The notes: generated by a model not told the origin, from the letters alone. A stretch of DNA of 63,956 nucleotides from Minisyncoccota bacterium (GCA_036399335.1 DASWNF010000002.1:1-63956), one strand, 5' to 3'; positions 8,177 through 16,268 are shown, numbered from the stretch's first letter. Translations and numbers: made by a program.

Positions 8177-9229
8177 ATGACCGACAGAACCTATTTCCCC
8201 ATCCTGAAAGGCAAGGCAGGCGAGCTAGGAGCCGTTGAAGAGCTCTACGATGACGTAAAGGCCGTAATTGCCCCTATTATCGAAATCACCGATGTTCCGT
8301 GGGATTTTCAGGCCGAGGATTATGCCAAGACGCCTGAGAAGCATATTGATGCTTTCGTAGAGAGTCTCGCCAAGAAGCTCATTGGAATTCCCTTCTACGT
8401 AGACCTTCCCGAGAGTCTTTGGGATGCAGAACTGGAGGACGGAACGCATCCACTTGCGCGTGTTTTCGCAGGAATACGAGAGAATGGTCTTGATGGCCGA
8501 CCTGTTATTGGTGCAGATCGTCCGACCGAATACTCGGATGTTGTGAAGGCTATCGCGGAGACCGACGGCAAGGGACTATGCTTCCGTCTTTCACCAGAGA
8601 AAGCAAACGCGGAGAACATAAACGGACTTCTCTCGCTATTTGAAGTGAAGCCCGTCGATATCGACCTGCTCATAGACTTCGAATTCATCACGCCAACTCC
8701 TGATGTCTACCTCTTGGCTTTCAAGGGAGTGTTCGTGGCGCTTCCCAGTCGAGACGAATGGCGCAACATCATTTTCGGTGCGACTGCGTTCCCCAAGGAT
8801 CTGAGTGATATTCAGAGTGGCACAAACACTATTCCCCGGAGTGAGTGGGCGACGTGGAAAAAGATTACTGCTGAGGCAAATATGGCGGGAGTAAAATTTG
8901 CGGACTATGCAATCTCACATCCACAGATTGTAATCATGGACCCGCGCATCATGACCATGAGTGCAAATATTCGCTACACCACCGACGAAGACTGGATGAT
9001 CCTTAAGGGTAGAGGTGTGAAGAAGCACGGATTCGGTCAGTTTACGGAGCACTGTGAGACGCTTATTAAATCAACCGCGTACAAGGGAGAAAGTTTTAGC
9101 GCAGGCGACAAAATCATCAAGGAATGTTCCCTTAAGAAACTCGGTCCCGGTAACGCAACCGTGTGGCGCAAGGTCGGTGTGAACCACCACCTTACGCTGG
9201 TGAAGTCGCAGATCGCCAACCCTGCCTAG
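8177..9229 (+). CDS. Beta_protein / sce7725-like family protein
   Basis: MTDRTYFPILKGKAGELGAVEEL matches the characteristic N-terminus (Y-x-P-I-L-K-x-K-x-G-E-x-x-A-L) of Beta protein (PF14350-type) family members. About 350 aa, as expected. Confidence 0.55.
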   Translation: MTDRTYFPILKGKAGELGAVEELYDDVKAVIAPIIEITDVPWDFQAEDYAKTPEKHIDAFVESLAKKLIGIPFYVDLPESLWDAELEDGTHPLARVFAGIRENGLDGRPVIGADRPTEYSDVVKAIAETDGKGLCFRLSPEKANAENINGLLSLFEVKPVDIDLLIDFEFITPTPDVYLLAFKGVFVALPSRDEWRNIIFGATAFPKDLSDIQSGTNTIPRSEWATWKKITAEANMAGVKFADYAISHPQIVIMDPRIMTMSANIRYTTDEDWMILKGRGVKKHGFGQFTEHCETLIKSTAYKGESFSAGDKIIKECSLKKLGPGNATVWRKVGVNHHLTLVKSQIANPA

Positions 9230-9857
9230 CTTTTAAGGTTTCTCTAACGTATCGATTGATCTCTGAGGGAGAAGTCTCTGTAGCCAAGTGATCCCATAGA
9301 ACACGTCGAGGCTTGTTCTCCATCCCTTGAGCTTTTCCAAGCGTCCGCAGAATATTGATAGTCTCATCACGCCAAAGGAGTTGAACGAGGGAGTATGGAT
9401 CAACAGTTTTGTTAACCTTCGCGGACCGAATGGGCTTCACTTTCGGCTGACCCTTCGCATCAGCGTAAATGAGTGTGATTCCACACCATGCTGGGATTTT
9501 TAATTGAACAGATTCGAGATGTTTCTTTCCTACAACGAACGTAAGCCGGTCGAAAATCTTTTCGTACACAGATAGCTGAACATCAACTCGTTCCAAGGTA
9601 TCCAAATCACTCTTAATCTCGTACCCATGTACCTGTCCGTTCAATACGGCAACATCAATGCGAGCACTCCCCTGACAAAGACCGAGTTCGTCCAGGATGA
9701 GACACGTTGGGTCATCCAAGACGAACTTCTTTGTGGAGAGATTGCTCTTGAGGGCAGAACGGAAATCTCGATCTCTAAGGTCCATAAGTCTTTTACATTG
9801 TATAAGTGAATTATGCAGCATATCCCTCGATATCCCCACTAGCTTAGGTGAAGCCAT
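9192..9857 (-). CDS. sce7726-like PD-(D/E)xK nuclease-fold protein
   Basis: ILDELGLCQGSARIDVAVLNGQVHGYEIKSDLDTLERVDVQLSVYEKIFD carries E...D...ExK restriction-endonuclease-like motifs. The start is uncertain (9857, 9821 or 9785). The 3' end overlaps the Beta-like gene by 38 nt. Confidence 0.5.
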   Translation of the reverse strand: MASPKLVGISRDMLHNSLIQCKRLMDLRDRDFRSALKSNLSTKKFVLDDPTCLILDELGLCQGSARIDVAVLNGQVHGYEIKSDLDTLERVDVQLSVYEKIFDRLTFVVGKKHLESVQLKIPAWCGITLIYADAKGQPKVKPIRSAKVNKTVDPYSLVQLLWRDETINILRTLGKAQGMENKPRRVLWDHLATETSPSEINRYVRETLKARQGWRSATSPA

Positions 9858-10050
9858 AGACAGTGGGCACTTATATACGAGTTGCAGTAAAAACTAACTA
9901 GCTAGGCATCTCGCTCGGTGGTTAAAGGTGAACGTTGTCCTAACTTCATCTGGCATGAGTAGCTAGACTTGACTTTAGATAAGAAATATAGTTCGATATA
10001 AGTAAGCCCTAACCGGCTTACTGTCCTTCACATATTCACGGAGGTGCGCC

Positions 10051-10656
10051 ATGGAAGCGCTGACACTGACTCTTGGAGTGGGGGCGGCGCTCTTGAGCGG
10101 CGTCGCCTACGTGATCTACAACGTTCAGACCAGGCTGGGACACTCGTGCCCCAACGCCGTGAGCTGGAGCATCTGGGCGTTCCTTTCAACGCTCAATGCC
10201 CTGTCGTATCGGGAAATGACCGATGACTGGGTATCGACGCTCCAGTTCGTGACGGGTGCCGTCGCCTGCATCCTCACCTTCCTCTACGCTCTGTTCAGCG
10301 GGAAGTTCGCGTGGCCAAAGCCGCGTGAGTGGGTGGTGTTCGCTCTCGGCGCAATCGCCGTTCTCGTCTGGTGGAAATACCAGAGCGCGACGGCGGCGAG
10401 CGTCATCGTCATCACCGCCTTCATGGTTTCCTTCATCCCCACTTATGAGGGGGTGATCAAGGATCCCTATAAGGAGTCGCCGATGGCCTGGGTGCTCTGG
10501 ACGATCGTCTTTGCCGTGGGAGCACTCATCGTGGTGCTGCGCGACAAGGAGCCGATCGCCCTGCTGAACCCGATCCTTCTTGCGATTTCGCACGGGGGCG
10601 TTGCTCTGCTTTCGACAAGAAAGCGGAAAGCGCGCTTTCCCAAGCCCACGATCTGA
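10051..10656 (+). CDS. polytopic membrane protein (about 6-7 TM), unknown family
   Basis: GGAGG lies 7 nt upstream of the ATG. Hydrophobic segments run throughout. This is a high-GC block inside the island. Confidence 0.6.
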   Translation: MEALTLTLGVGAALLSGVAYVIYNVQTRLGHSCPNAVSWSIWAFLSTLNALSYREMTDDWVSTLQFVTGAVACILTFLYALFSGKFAWPKPREWVVFALGAIAVLVWWKYQSATAASVIVITAFMVSFIPTYEGVIKDPYKESPMAWVLWTIVFAVGALIVVLRDKEPIALLNPILLAISHGGVALLSTRKRKARFPKPTI

Positions 10657-10996
10657 ACATCTGGCTTAGCCCGAATTAGCCACGGGAGCCCCGCACCAGT
10701 TGCGGGGCTACTACTTTGTATACAGAGTTAACGCAACTCAGCCTGTGAGGCTCTTGACACTACTATTCTAACGTAGCATTATTGTAGCGGAGGCTGGCAG
10801 TGCGCCAGTCATCCCTTCAGTGAGAAGGAGAAGAAAGATGTTTGGCAGAAGGATAATGGTAAGGAGGCGTGACCGAAAGGGTTTTGAGGAGGCGCGATAT
10901 CGTCTTCTCCCGCTTTGCTTGGAAAGAGGCCTGCGGTTAGTCCAAAGGCCCGCGGGAATTAAGGCCAGTGAGGCGGGAGCCACACTTTTGCCCGAC

Positions 10997-11374
10997 ATGA
11001 GATTCGATCCCCAGTCGGGGCTTCGTGTCGGCCAACTGATCGACGACTTTTTCGGTTACCTGGTCCCTTGGGGACTCCAGGCGGCCGAAAATCACCCGGT
11101 CAAGCCCGACTACCGGGGTCAGTGGATCTCGCGTGAGGTTTACCTCCTCTGCTTCGTGAGAGTCCCCTTCATAGGCAAATGTCCTGTGGAAGGCATGTAC
11201 GCGGTCCTGGCCCGCACTCCGCGCGAGCCGACGAAGTCCCCGCAACATTTCACAACCGACGTGGGCCTCTGGGGCGACGGAGATTTTCGCGACGTGGATC
11301 GGGAGAAGGGCCCATCGAAGGTGCTCCTCTATCCCGCAAGTGCCCTTCGGGCACGAAAATCGCGGAAGCGTTGA
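10997..11374 (+). CDS. hypothetical protein
   Basis: Third-position GC becomes high from the ATG at 10997 (MRFDPQSGLRVGQLIDDFFGY...). The upstream part of ORF 10820..11374 looks non-coding. Confidence 0.35.
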   Translation: MRFDPQSGLRVGQLIDDFFGYLVPWGLQAAENHPVKPDYRGQWISREVYLLCFVRVPFIGKCPVEGMYAVLARTPREPTKSPQHFTTDVGLWGDGDFRDVDREKGPSKVLLYPASALRARKSRKR

Positions 11375-11518
11375 ATTGGCGGCCGCAGGTACGAGGTTTC
11401 ATCCCTCTGCCTGCGGCTTTTTCGTTTAAATCAGGGTTCTGACTTCGTGCAGCATGCGGAGCAGGGCAAGACAAAAGGACTCGAAAGAGCCCTTTTGTCG
11501 TTTCCTTGCGGGACGAAT

Positions 11519-12046
11519 TTATTCCCTAGCTAGTGCGAAATCTTGGTATTCAGATTCGTCTGTAATGAGTGATACTACACCGCCACCGGACTCGATGATT
11601 TCAACTTCGCCTGTCTGTTTATTGATAGTAAAGATGTGCCCCGCCTCCCCTTCAAGAGTGAGTTGTTGAGGCGTGTTGCTAGTAATGGTTAGCGGTTCCC
11701 TTCCAAAGCTTCGTAGGGACATAGACGAAAGCCGCGTTAACTCTTCAAAAATGAATAGCTGTTTGCCATTTGTATCGTAATCGTTTGTAGCTTCAATAGT
11801 GTAGTACTGCCAAAATTGTTTCGGTTGTTCTTCGTAGCTTGGAAACTTCACAAACCCCGTAATACTTCCAACAGCGTTATTTCCGTTAAATACCATTGCC
11901 GACTCAAGGTGGATATGCGGAATGGCTTGCTCGTACTTCTGCGCATAATAGAGCTCTTGCTTCTGATGGAAGACAATAATCAGTAAAGCCATCAAAATAA
12001 TTATAATCAGACTCAAAATCTTGTTACTGCGAGACAGACTTTTCAT
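11519..12046 (-). CDS. membrane-anchored/secreted hypothetical protein
   Basis: N-terminal signal anchor KILSLIIIILMALLIIVF. Low GC (about 40%). Confidence 0.55.
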   Translation of the reverse strand: MKSLSRSNKILSLIIIILMALLIIVFHQKQELYYAQKYEQAIPHIHLESAMVFNGNNAVGSITGFVKFPSYEEQPKQFWQYYTIEATNDYDTNGKQLFIFEELTRLSSMSLRSFGREPLTITSNTPQQLTLEGEAGHIFTINKQTGEVEIIESGGGVVSLITDESEYQDFALARE

Positions 12047-12155
12047 GCGTATATGTTACCCCAACCGTGCCCTCACGGTGTTTTTAGCAAACAATTGCTG
12101 ACAAATCTTGTTTTTGTACTACTCTATCTCCAGAGTCTGATTAGGGAGATATGTC

Positions 12156-12620
12156 GTGCTTATGCTACCAACCCCTAGGCGAGTATCCGCTCGCCCGCTG
12201 GTCACGGTATGCGGGAGCTTCAATAGGCATCTCGCAGAAATCAAACTGGCGGTAGAGGAGCTCTTTGACTACGGCGCAGTCGTGCTTTCGCCGGAGCGTC
12301 CAGTCTCAGTGAGTCGGGAGTTTGCTCCTGGCTTCCTGCTGCTCGATAGTGACCTTCGCTTCAAGAAACTCTCGGTACGCGCCGTAGAGGACCGGCACCT
12401 TGCCGCCATTATGAAATCCGATTTCGTCGTCCTGGTGTGTCCGGACGGGTATCTCGGATGCGCCGTCGCAGGCGAGATGGGTGCGGCGCGCGCCGTCAAT
12501 GTTCCGCTGTACGCCGAACACACGCCCATAGACGACAAACTCGGGCCGTACGTCTATCGCGTTCCAAGCTTGCAGCTTGCCGTCGCCAATCACCGTATCC
12601 ACACGCTTCCAACCGCCTAA
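12156..12620 (+). CDS. hypothetical protein, tentatively nucleoside 2-deoxyribosyltransferase-like Rossmann fold
   Basis: VTVCGSFNRHLAEI...GAVVLSPE and DFVVLVCPDGYLGCAVAGEMGAA resemble the GSF/acidic-residue pattern of NDT-superfamily proteins. GGGAGA lies upstream. Confidence 0.35.
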   Translation: MLMLPTPRRVSARPLVTVCGSFNRHLAEIKLAVEELFDYGAVVLSPERPVSVSREFAPGFLLLDSDLRFKKLSVRAVEDRHLAAIMKSDFVVLVCPDGYLGCAVAGEMGAARAVNVPLYAEHTPIDDKLGPYVYRVPSLQLAVANHRIHTLPTA

Positions 12621-12640
12621 CTGAAAGTTCTGTTAGGCGG
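12613..12640. terminator. bidirectional hairpin between convergent genes
   Basis: CCGCCTAAC (12613-12621) / GTTAGGCGG (12632-12640), followed by TTGTCTTT. Confidence 0.5.
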
Positions 12641-12646
12641 TTGTCT

Positions 12647-13564
12647 TTACTTACTGGCCGAAATAAGTTGACGCAAGGCTGGCTCAAGCTGCACGGCATG
12701 TGCAGATCCGTATACAGCAAACAAGTGATCGTGCTCCTTCATGCCATCAGCAATGCGGCCTAGAATATACTCATTTCGATACTGACTGGATGCTTGTGAG
12801 ATGTCATTAATAACGGTCCCGTCCCTACCCTCCCAAGGTATGGGATCAACTTGCTCTCGATACTTGCCCTCCGCATGTAATTCAAGTTCGTTGGCAAGTT
12901 GCTTCTCAAATCCGGCGAGCTCGTCAGCACTCCAACCGCTCTCATCACGAAATCGCCCGAAGTTGTCTTTTAAATAATCGATGCAGGCGCTATCACTCCG
13001 GTCTTCCTTTGCTCGCTGCTGGTAACCCGAAATCTGCCTGTAGGCATAGAACATAAAGATATCTCTTTTTGAATAACCCAGACTCTGGAGTAGCTTAAGT
13101 TCTTCTTTGAAAGACGGTTCGGGGGACTCGAAATCTACGCCTGCATCAATAGCTAACTTCAAGAGAAAGTAGTTCTCCCCGCGACTTCGCGCCTCTTCTT
13201 GCGACACCTTGACCGCCTGTTCCCGTACACTCTCCTTCTGCGCGTTAATTCTCTCCAAACCCTCTACATATACAATGTCAGGGCGATTCGTTTCGAAGCG
13301 ACTAGCGATCTCCTCAAACTGAGGATCACGAGGATCATAAAGGTGTGAGGCTCCAAAGAATTCTAGGTGCTTGGCTCCATTAGTGACTTCAACGACGTAT
13401 GACCGGGCATCGGGATCTGAGGCGAAAGGGTGATCGCGGTACTGCTCGTGGGTAAGGATAAGCGACTTCAAGCGCTTTAACTCAGTTACTTCTAGGTGAT
13501 TCTTCTCAGGCTGCGGCCACTCGTTCATAGCTCCTATTGTAGCCCAGTGCTCCGGTTCGTACAC
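12647..13564 (-). CDS. TraB/GumN-like family protein
   Basis: HLEFFGASHLYD...RPDIVYVEGLER near the N-terminus and LFAVYGSAHAV near the C-terminus mirror the TraB/GumN pattern (GTxH ... PD-h-h-h-h-E ... GxGH). Confidence 0.45.
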   Translation of the reverse strand: MYEPEHWATIGAMNEWPQPEKNHLEVTELKRLKSLILTHEQYRDHPFASDPDARSYVVEVTNGAKHLEFFGASHLYDPRDPQFEEIASRFETNRPDIVYVEGLERINAQKESVREQAVKVSQEEARSRGENYFLLKLAIDAGVDFESPEPSFKEELKLLQSLGYSKRDIFMFYAYRQISGYQQRAKEDRSDSACIDYLKDNFGRFRDESGWSADELAGFEKQLANELELHAEGKYREQVDPIPWEGRDGTVINDISQASSQYRNEYILGRIADGMKEHDHLFAVYGSAHAVQLEPALRQLISASK

Positions 13565-13575
13565 TGTTTCACTAC

Positions 13576-13588
13576 GTTCAAATTCCTA
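13576..13588 (+). repeat. degenerate copy of the tRNA-Asn 3' segment (possible island right border)
   Basis: GTTCAAATTCCTA versus tRNA GTTCGAATCCTA (6938-6949): one substitution plus a 1-nt insertion. Confidence 0.3.
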
Positions 13589-13680
13589 TAACTCAACAGC
13601 TTTTTAGTTGCCTCAGTATGTAATCAAGAGGAGAATAGATTCCAGCTCAATCAAGAGTCGGAAAACAGCCCATGCTGGGC

Positions 13681-13728
13681 TATAAAAAATGAAGGGGCAC
13701 GATTGGCGTGAACGCAAACCGTGCCCCT
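13681..13728 (-). terminator. rho-independent terminator
   Basis: AAGGGGCACG (13691-13700) / CGTGCCCCTT (13719-13728). A T6 run follows on the minus strand, 3' of gene 13748..14008. Confidence 0.6.
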
Positions 13729-13747
13729 TGAATTGTCGCCAACCGCA

Positions 13748-14008
13748 TTACCGCATGAGCTCCTCAACCTCCTCCTGGCTGATTTCCCGGAACATGATGC
13801 AGCGCTGTTCGTCGTCGGGTTCGCAACAGCCGCATTTGAAGTCGTCCTCCCATGCCACGTGCTGCCCGTTAGGAAGCCTGAAGACGTGGGCATAGCAGTT
13901 CCCTAGAGGGAGGATGCAGCCTAGGTCGAAGCTGTTCGGCAGGTTGTATCCGGAACGCACCTGTTGGGGACGCGGCGGGAGAATGCTGCAGGTGTGGGTG
14001 CCGGTCAT
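13748..14008 (-). CDS. small Cys-rich hypothetical protein
   Basis: 86 aa with very high GC3. Cys cluster FKCGCCEPDDEQRC. Its ATG overlaps the upstream stop (ATGA). Confidence 0.55.
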   Translation of the reverse strand: MTGTHTCSILPPRPQQVRSGYNLPNSFDLGCILPLGNCYAHVFRLPNGQHVAWEDDFKCGCCEPDDEQRCIMFREISQEEVEELMR

Positions 14009-14319
14009 GCCTCACTCTCCATTGCTTCAGCAAGACCCACCGGGTACCGGGGTATCCCAGAAGAGTCATTCCTGTTGTCGAGAAGTATCGCCGCAAACAG
14101 GTTTGCAATGGCTTCCCGCGTATGCGGACTTCTGCCACCACCACCTGAAGTCGAACAAAACTCCACTTGCGCCTTATTCCCGTTGTGGTCCTCAATCGGA
14201 ATTCCGTCCTCGTCGATGCAAAGGACAAAGTCGCCGTCCGGGTGAAATTCAATGCGAAGCGAAAGCTTCTGCTGGCTCATTTCGTCATGCCTGCCAGCCA
14301 TTCTGACGTCCCAAGCCAT
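14005..14319 (-). CDS. hypothetical protein
   Basis: ATG at 14319 preceded by AGGAG (the longer ORF begins with TTG at 14376). Translationally coupled to the Cys-rich gene. Confidence 0.5.
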   Translation of the reverse strand: MAWDVRMAGRHDEMSQQKLSLRIEFHPDGDFVLCIDEDGIPIEDHNGNKAQVEFCSTSGGGGRSPHTREAIANLFAAILLDNRNDSSGIPRYPVGLAEAMESEA

Positions 14320-14440
14320 TTCACACTCCTGTGCGTTGCCTGACGGAATACTCTCACGGGCGCTAGCGTCGCACAAGAACCTTCCATAAGGCCTTAAGCA
14401 GGCTTTAACAGTGCACGAGAACTACATTCCCTCTAATAAA

Positions 14441-15238
14441 TTACTGGGAAAGAGTCCAGGTGGTTCCTCGTATGGGGAACGCGCCGGTAAAGGTGACGTC
14501 TTTTGCCGAGAGTGAGGTAACGTCAATCTTCAATCCCGTACCGACATATGCAGAGATATCAGGTCCCATCGTAGCTTTGATCGTAAAGAGCCGTACCTGC
14601 CCTGGCAGGAAGAGTGAGTCAGTGGGGGCAAAGGCCACCCCATTACTAAAGGGAGCCGATCCGCTTGTCTCGCCCCTTGAGCCGCCCTTATCGTCTACGG
14701 TTGAGAGCTTGGTAACGGTGCGCGTCGGCGCGTTGCCATTCTGCTTTACCCAAAAGCCTTTGAGGCGCGCTGCGTGCGGGCCTCGGTTCACTATCTTGAG
14801 ATACGAAAGCGGCACCGTCTCTCCAGCCCTCACCTCGCCACCCACGAGGAGCGGGACAGCCGATACGGAGAATGTTGCCGTACCCTCTTCTACTACTGCG
14901 GGCGTGGTTACCGTAGTTACGGTCGTAACCGTAGTGACGGTAGTCGGCGGCGCTACCGGCGCTGGTGGGGGTGTGGGGGTAACTGCACGCTTTGGCGGCG
15001 CGACTGCGGGCTTGCTGGGGACGTCCTTTGGAGTAGTCGTTGCGGCTGGCACCGTGGTCGTGGCTACGGGCGTAGTGGTAGCTACATCATTTACCTCTTG
15101 TTCAGGGAGTGTGACTTCGGTAACGGCCGTGATGCTGCACGGCAGCGCAAGCGAGCAGCGGACCTTTTCGAAACTTAGTGATAGGCCTGCAAGGACAATA
15201 AGCCCGAGAGCGAGGTATATAAGGGGGCGCGTATGCAT
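14441..15238 (-). CDS. secreted Thr/Pro-rich hypothetical protein
   Basis: Signal/anchor PLIYLALGLIVLAGLSL, a T/P-rich linker with a TTV repeat, and a beta-rich C-terminal domain. Confidence 0.65.
   Translation of the reverse strand: MHTRPLIYLALGLIVLAGLSLSFEKVRCSLALPCSITAVTEVTLPEQEVNDVATTTPVATTTVPAATTTPKDVPSKPAVAPPKRAVTPTPPPAPVAPPTTVTTVTTVTTVTTPAVVEEGTATFSVSAVPLLVGGEVRAGETVPLSYLKIVNRGPHAARLKGFWVKQNGNAPTRTVTKLSTVDDKGGSRGETSGSAPFSNGVAFAPTDSLFLPGQVRLFTIKATMGPDISAYVGTGLKIDVTSLSAKDVTFTGAFPIRGTTWTLSQ
14904..14946. repeat. 9-nt tandem repeat (encodes TTVTTVTTVTTVTT)
   Basis: GGTTACCGTAGTTACGGTCGTAACCGTAGTGACGGTAGT has period 9, inside the 14441..15238 CDS. Confidence 0.8.
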
Positions 15239-15282
15239 TCCCCTTCAGTCTTTCATACAAGGGTAGCCCGCACAACGCATAC

Positions 15283-15318
15283 AAAAGGAAAGCCCCTCGA
15301 AAGAGGGGCTTTCCTTTT
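15283..15318 (-). terminator. rho-independent terminator (symmetrical A/T arms)
   Basis: AAAAGGAAAGCCCCTC-GAAA-GAGGGGCTTTCCTTTT, 3' of the YggT gene. Confidence 0.75.
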
Positions 15319-15327
15319 GCGTCGTCC

Positions 15328-15693
15328 CTACACTACCGGGCCTTCCTGCTGGTCGAGCTTTGCTGCCGCTTCAGGAGTCGACACCGTCTTGCTCATGAGG
15401 AAGAGCTTCACGATGCCCCAGGCGACTATCAGGTAGACGAGCATGGCGAGAAGGGTCGTCCACTCGAACACCGAGCCCGCTACTCGCGTCTTGCCGAAGA
15501 CGGTAGCGAACGGCTGGGTGAACGGCCAGGTTACCGTGTAGACGAAGTACGCGAATCCGGCAGAAGCGTTCGCCGCAAAGGCCTTCAATACGAAACGGAA
15601 GGCAAGTAGGATTTCGAGCAGTCCGAGGACGTACCAGATTACCTGCGTGCTGCGGAAAATCGGCTTTGTCGTAGGAGAGTTATAGGAATCCAT
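15328..15693 (-). CDS. YggT family membrane protein
   Basis: 121 aa. VIWYVLGLLEILLAFRFVLKAF and WTTLLAMLVYLIVAWGIVKL match the two-helix YggT architecture. Confidence 0.6.
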   Translation of the reverse strand: MDSYNSPTTKPIFRSTQVIWYVLGLLEILLAFRFVLKAFAANASAGFAYFVYTVTWPFTQPFATVFGKTRVAGSVFEWTTLLAMLVYLIVAWGIVKLFLMSKTVSTPEAAAKLDQQEGPVV

Positions 15694-15791
15694 GTGAGTA
15701 GGTTATGAGGGCTATTGGTGAAGTGTAGCACCTGCTGAGCCCCTCTAGGGGGAACCGGGCGTAAACTTGCTGGAGCCTGCGCTTGAGGACG

Positions 15792-16268
15792 TCAGTTAAG
15801 CACCCAGAAACCGTAGTTCAGATAAGCCGCAAAACTCACCCAAAGAATATACGGGACAAGAAGCGCGGCAGCCGTTCGAGAAACCTTTGCGAAGGCGATC
15901 ATCGTGGCGAGTATGGCTATCCAAAGCACGGCAATTTCGACAAGTGCTGCACCGGGGTTCCTGAGGCCAAAAAAGATAATCGACCAGGACGTATTAAGTA
16001 CGAGCTGTCCCGCGAATAGGGCAAGTGCGATGCGGACGTCCCTGCGCCCCATCCCCTTTTTCCATACGAGGAATGCTGCAATGCCCATAAGCGCAAAGAG
16101 GGTCGTCCACACCGGGCCGAATACCCAGCTTGACGGGGCTAGTGGCGGACGCACCAGGGTGAGGTACCAGGAATCTACCGCCGATACCGTGAACACTGAG
16201 CCAATTATTCCGGCAAGCTCCGAGACTGCTATCGCCGCAGCTAGTTTTACGTAGTCTCCAAAGATCAT
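15792..16268 (-). CDS. tspO: TspO/MBR tryptophan-rich sensory protein
   Basis: PSSWVFGPVWTTLFALMGIAAFLVW, QLVLNTSWSIIFFG and LLVPYILWVSFAAYLNY are classic TspO motifs. 158 aa. Confidence 0.85.
   Translation of the reverse strand: MIFGDYVKLAAAIAVSELAGIIGSVFTVSAVDSWYLTLVRPPLAPSSWVFGPVWTTLFALMGIAAFLVWKKGMGRRDVRIALALFAGQLVLNTSWSIIFFGLRNPGAALVEIAVLWIAILATMIAFAKVSRTAAALLVPYILWVSFAAYLNYGFWVLN

Larger units (their letters stand above)
6959..13588. mobile_element. putative degraded tRNA-Asn-associated genomic island (no integrase seen)
   Basis: GC drops from about 60% to about 40-48% in blocks directly 3' of the tRNA. tRNA T-arm fragments recur at 7018-7027 and 7122-7130. A degenerate tRNA 3'-end match lies at 13576-13588, where the low-GC DNA ends. 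Confidence 0.4.

Noticed and set aside
10820-11248. The N-terminal extension MRRRRKMFGRRIMVRRR... of ORF 10820..11374, and the antisense ORF 10937..11248
   Set aside because: GC3 is low before 10997 and rises after it in the plus frame. The antisense ORF's third positions fall on plus-frame first positions. Only 10997..11374 is kept, at low confidence.
6959-13588. Calling the tRNA-Asn island an intact integrative element or prophage
   Set aside because: No integrase, excisionase, transposase, or capsid/terminase-like ORF was recognisable. Only repeat remnants and compositional mosaicism support mobility.
14460-15266. 268-aa plus-strand ORF opposite the secreted Thr/Pro-rich gene
   Set aside because: It is the mirror frame of a repeat-rich gene. 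The minus frame has a signal peptide, a terminator and a sensible domain layout.
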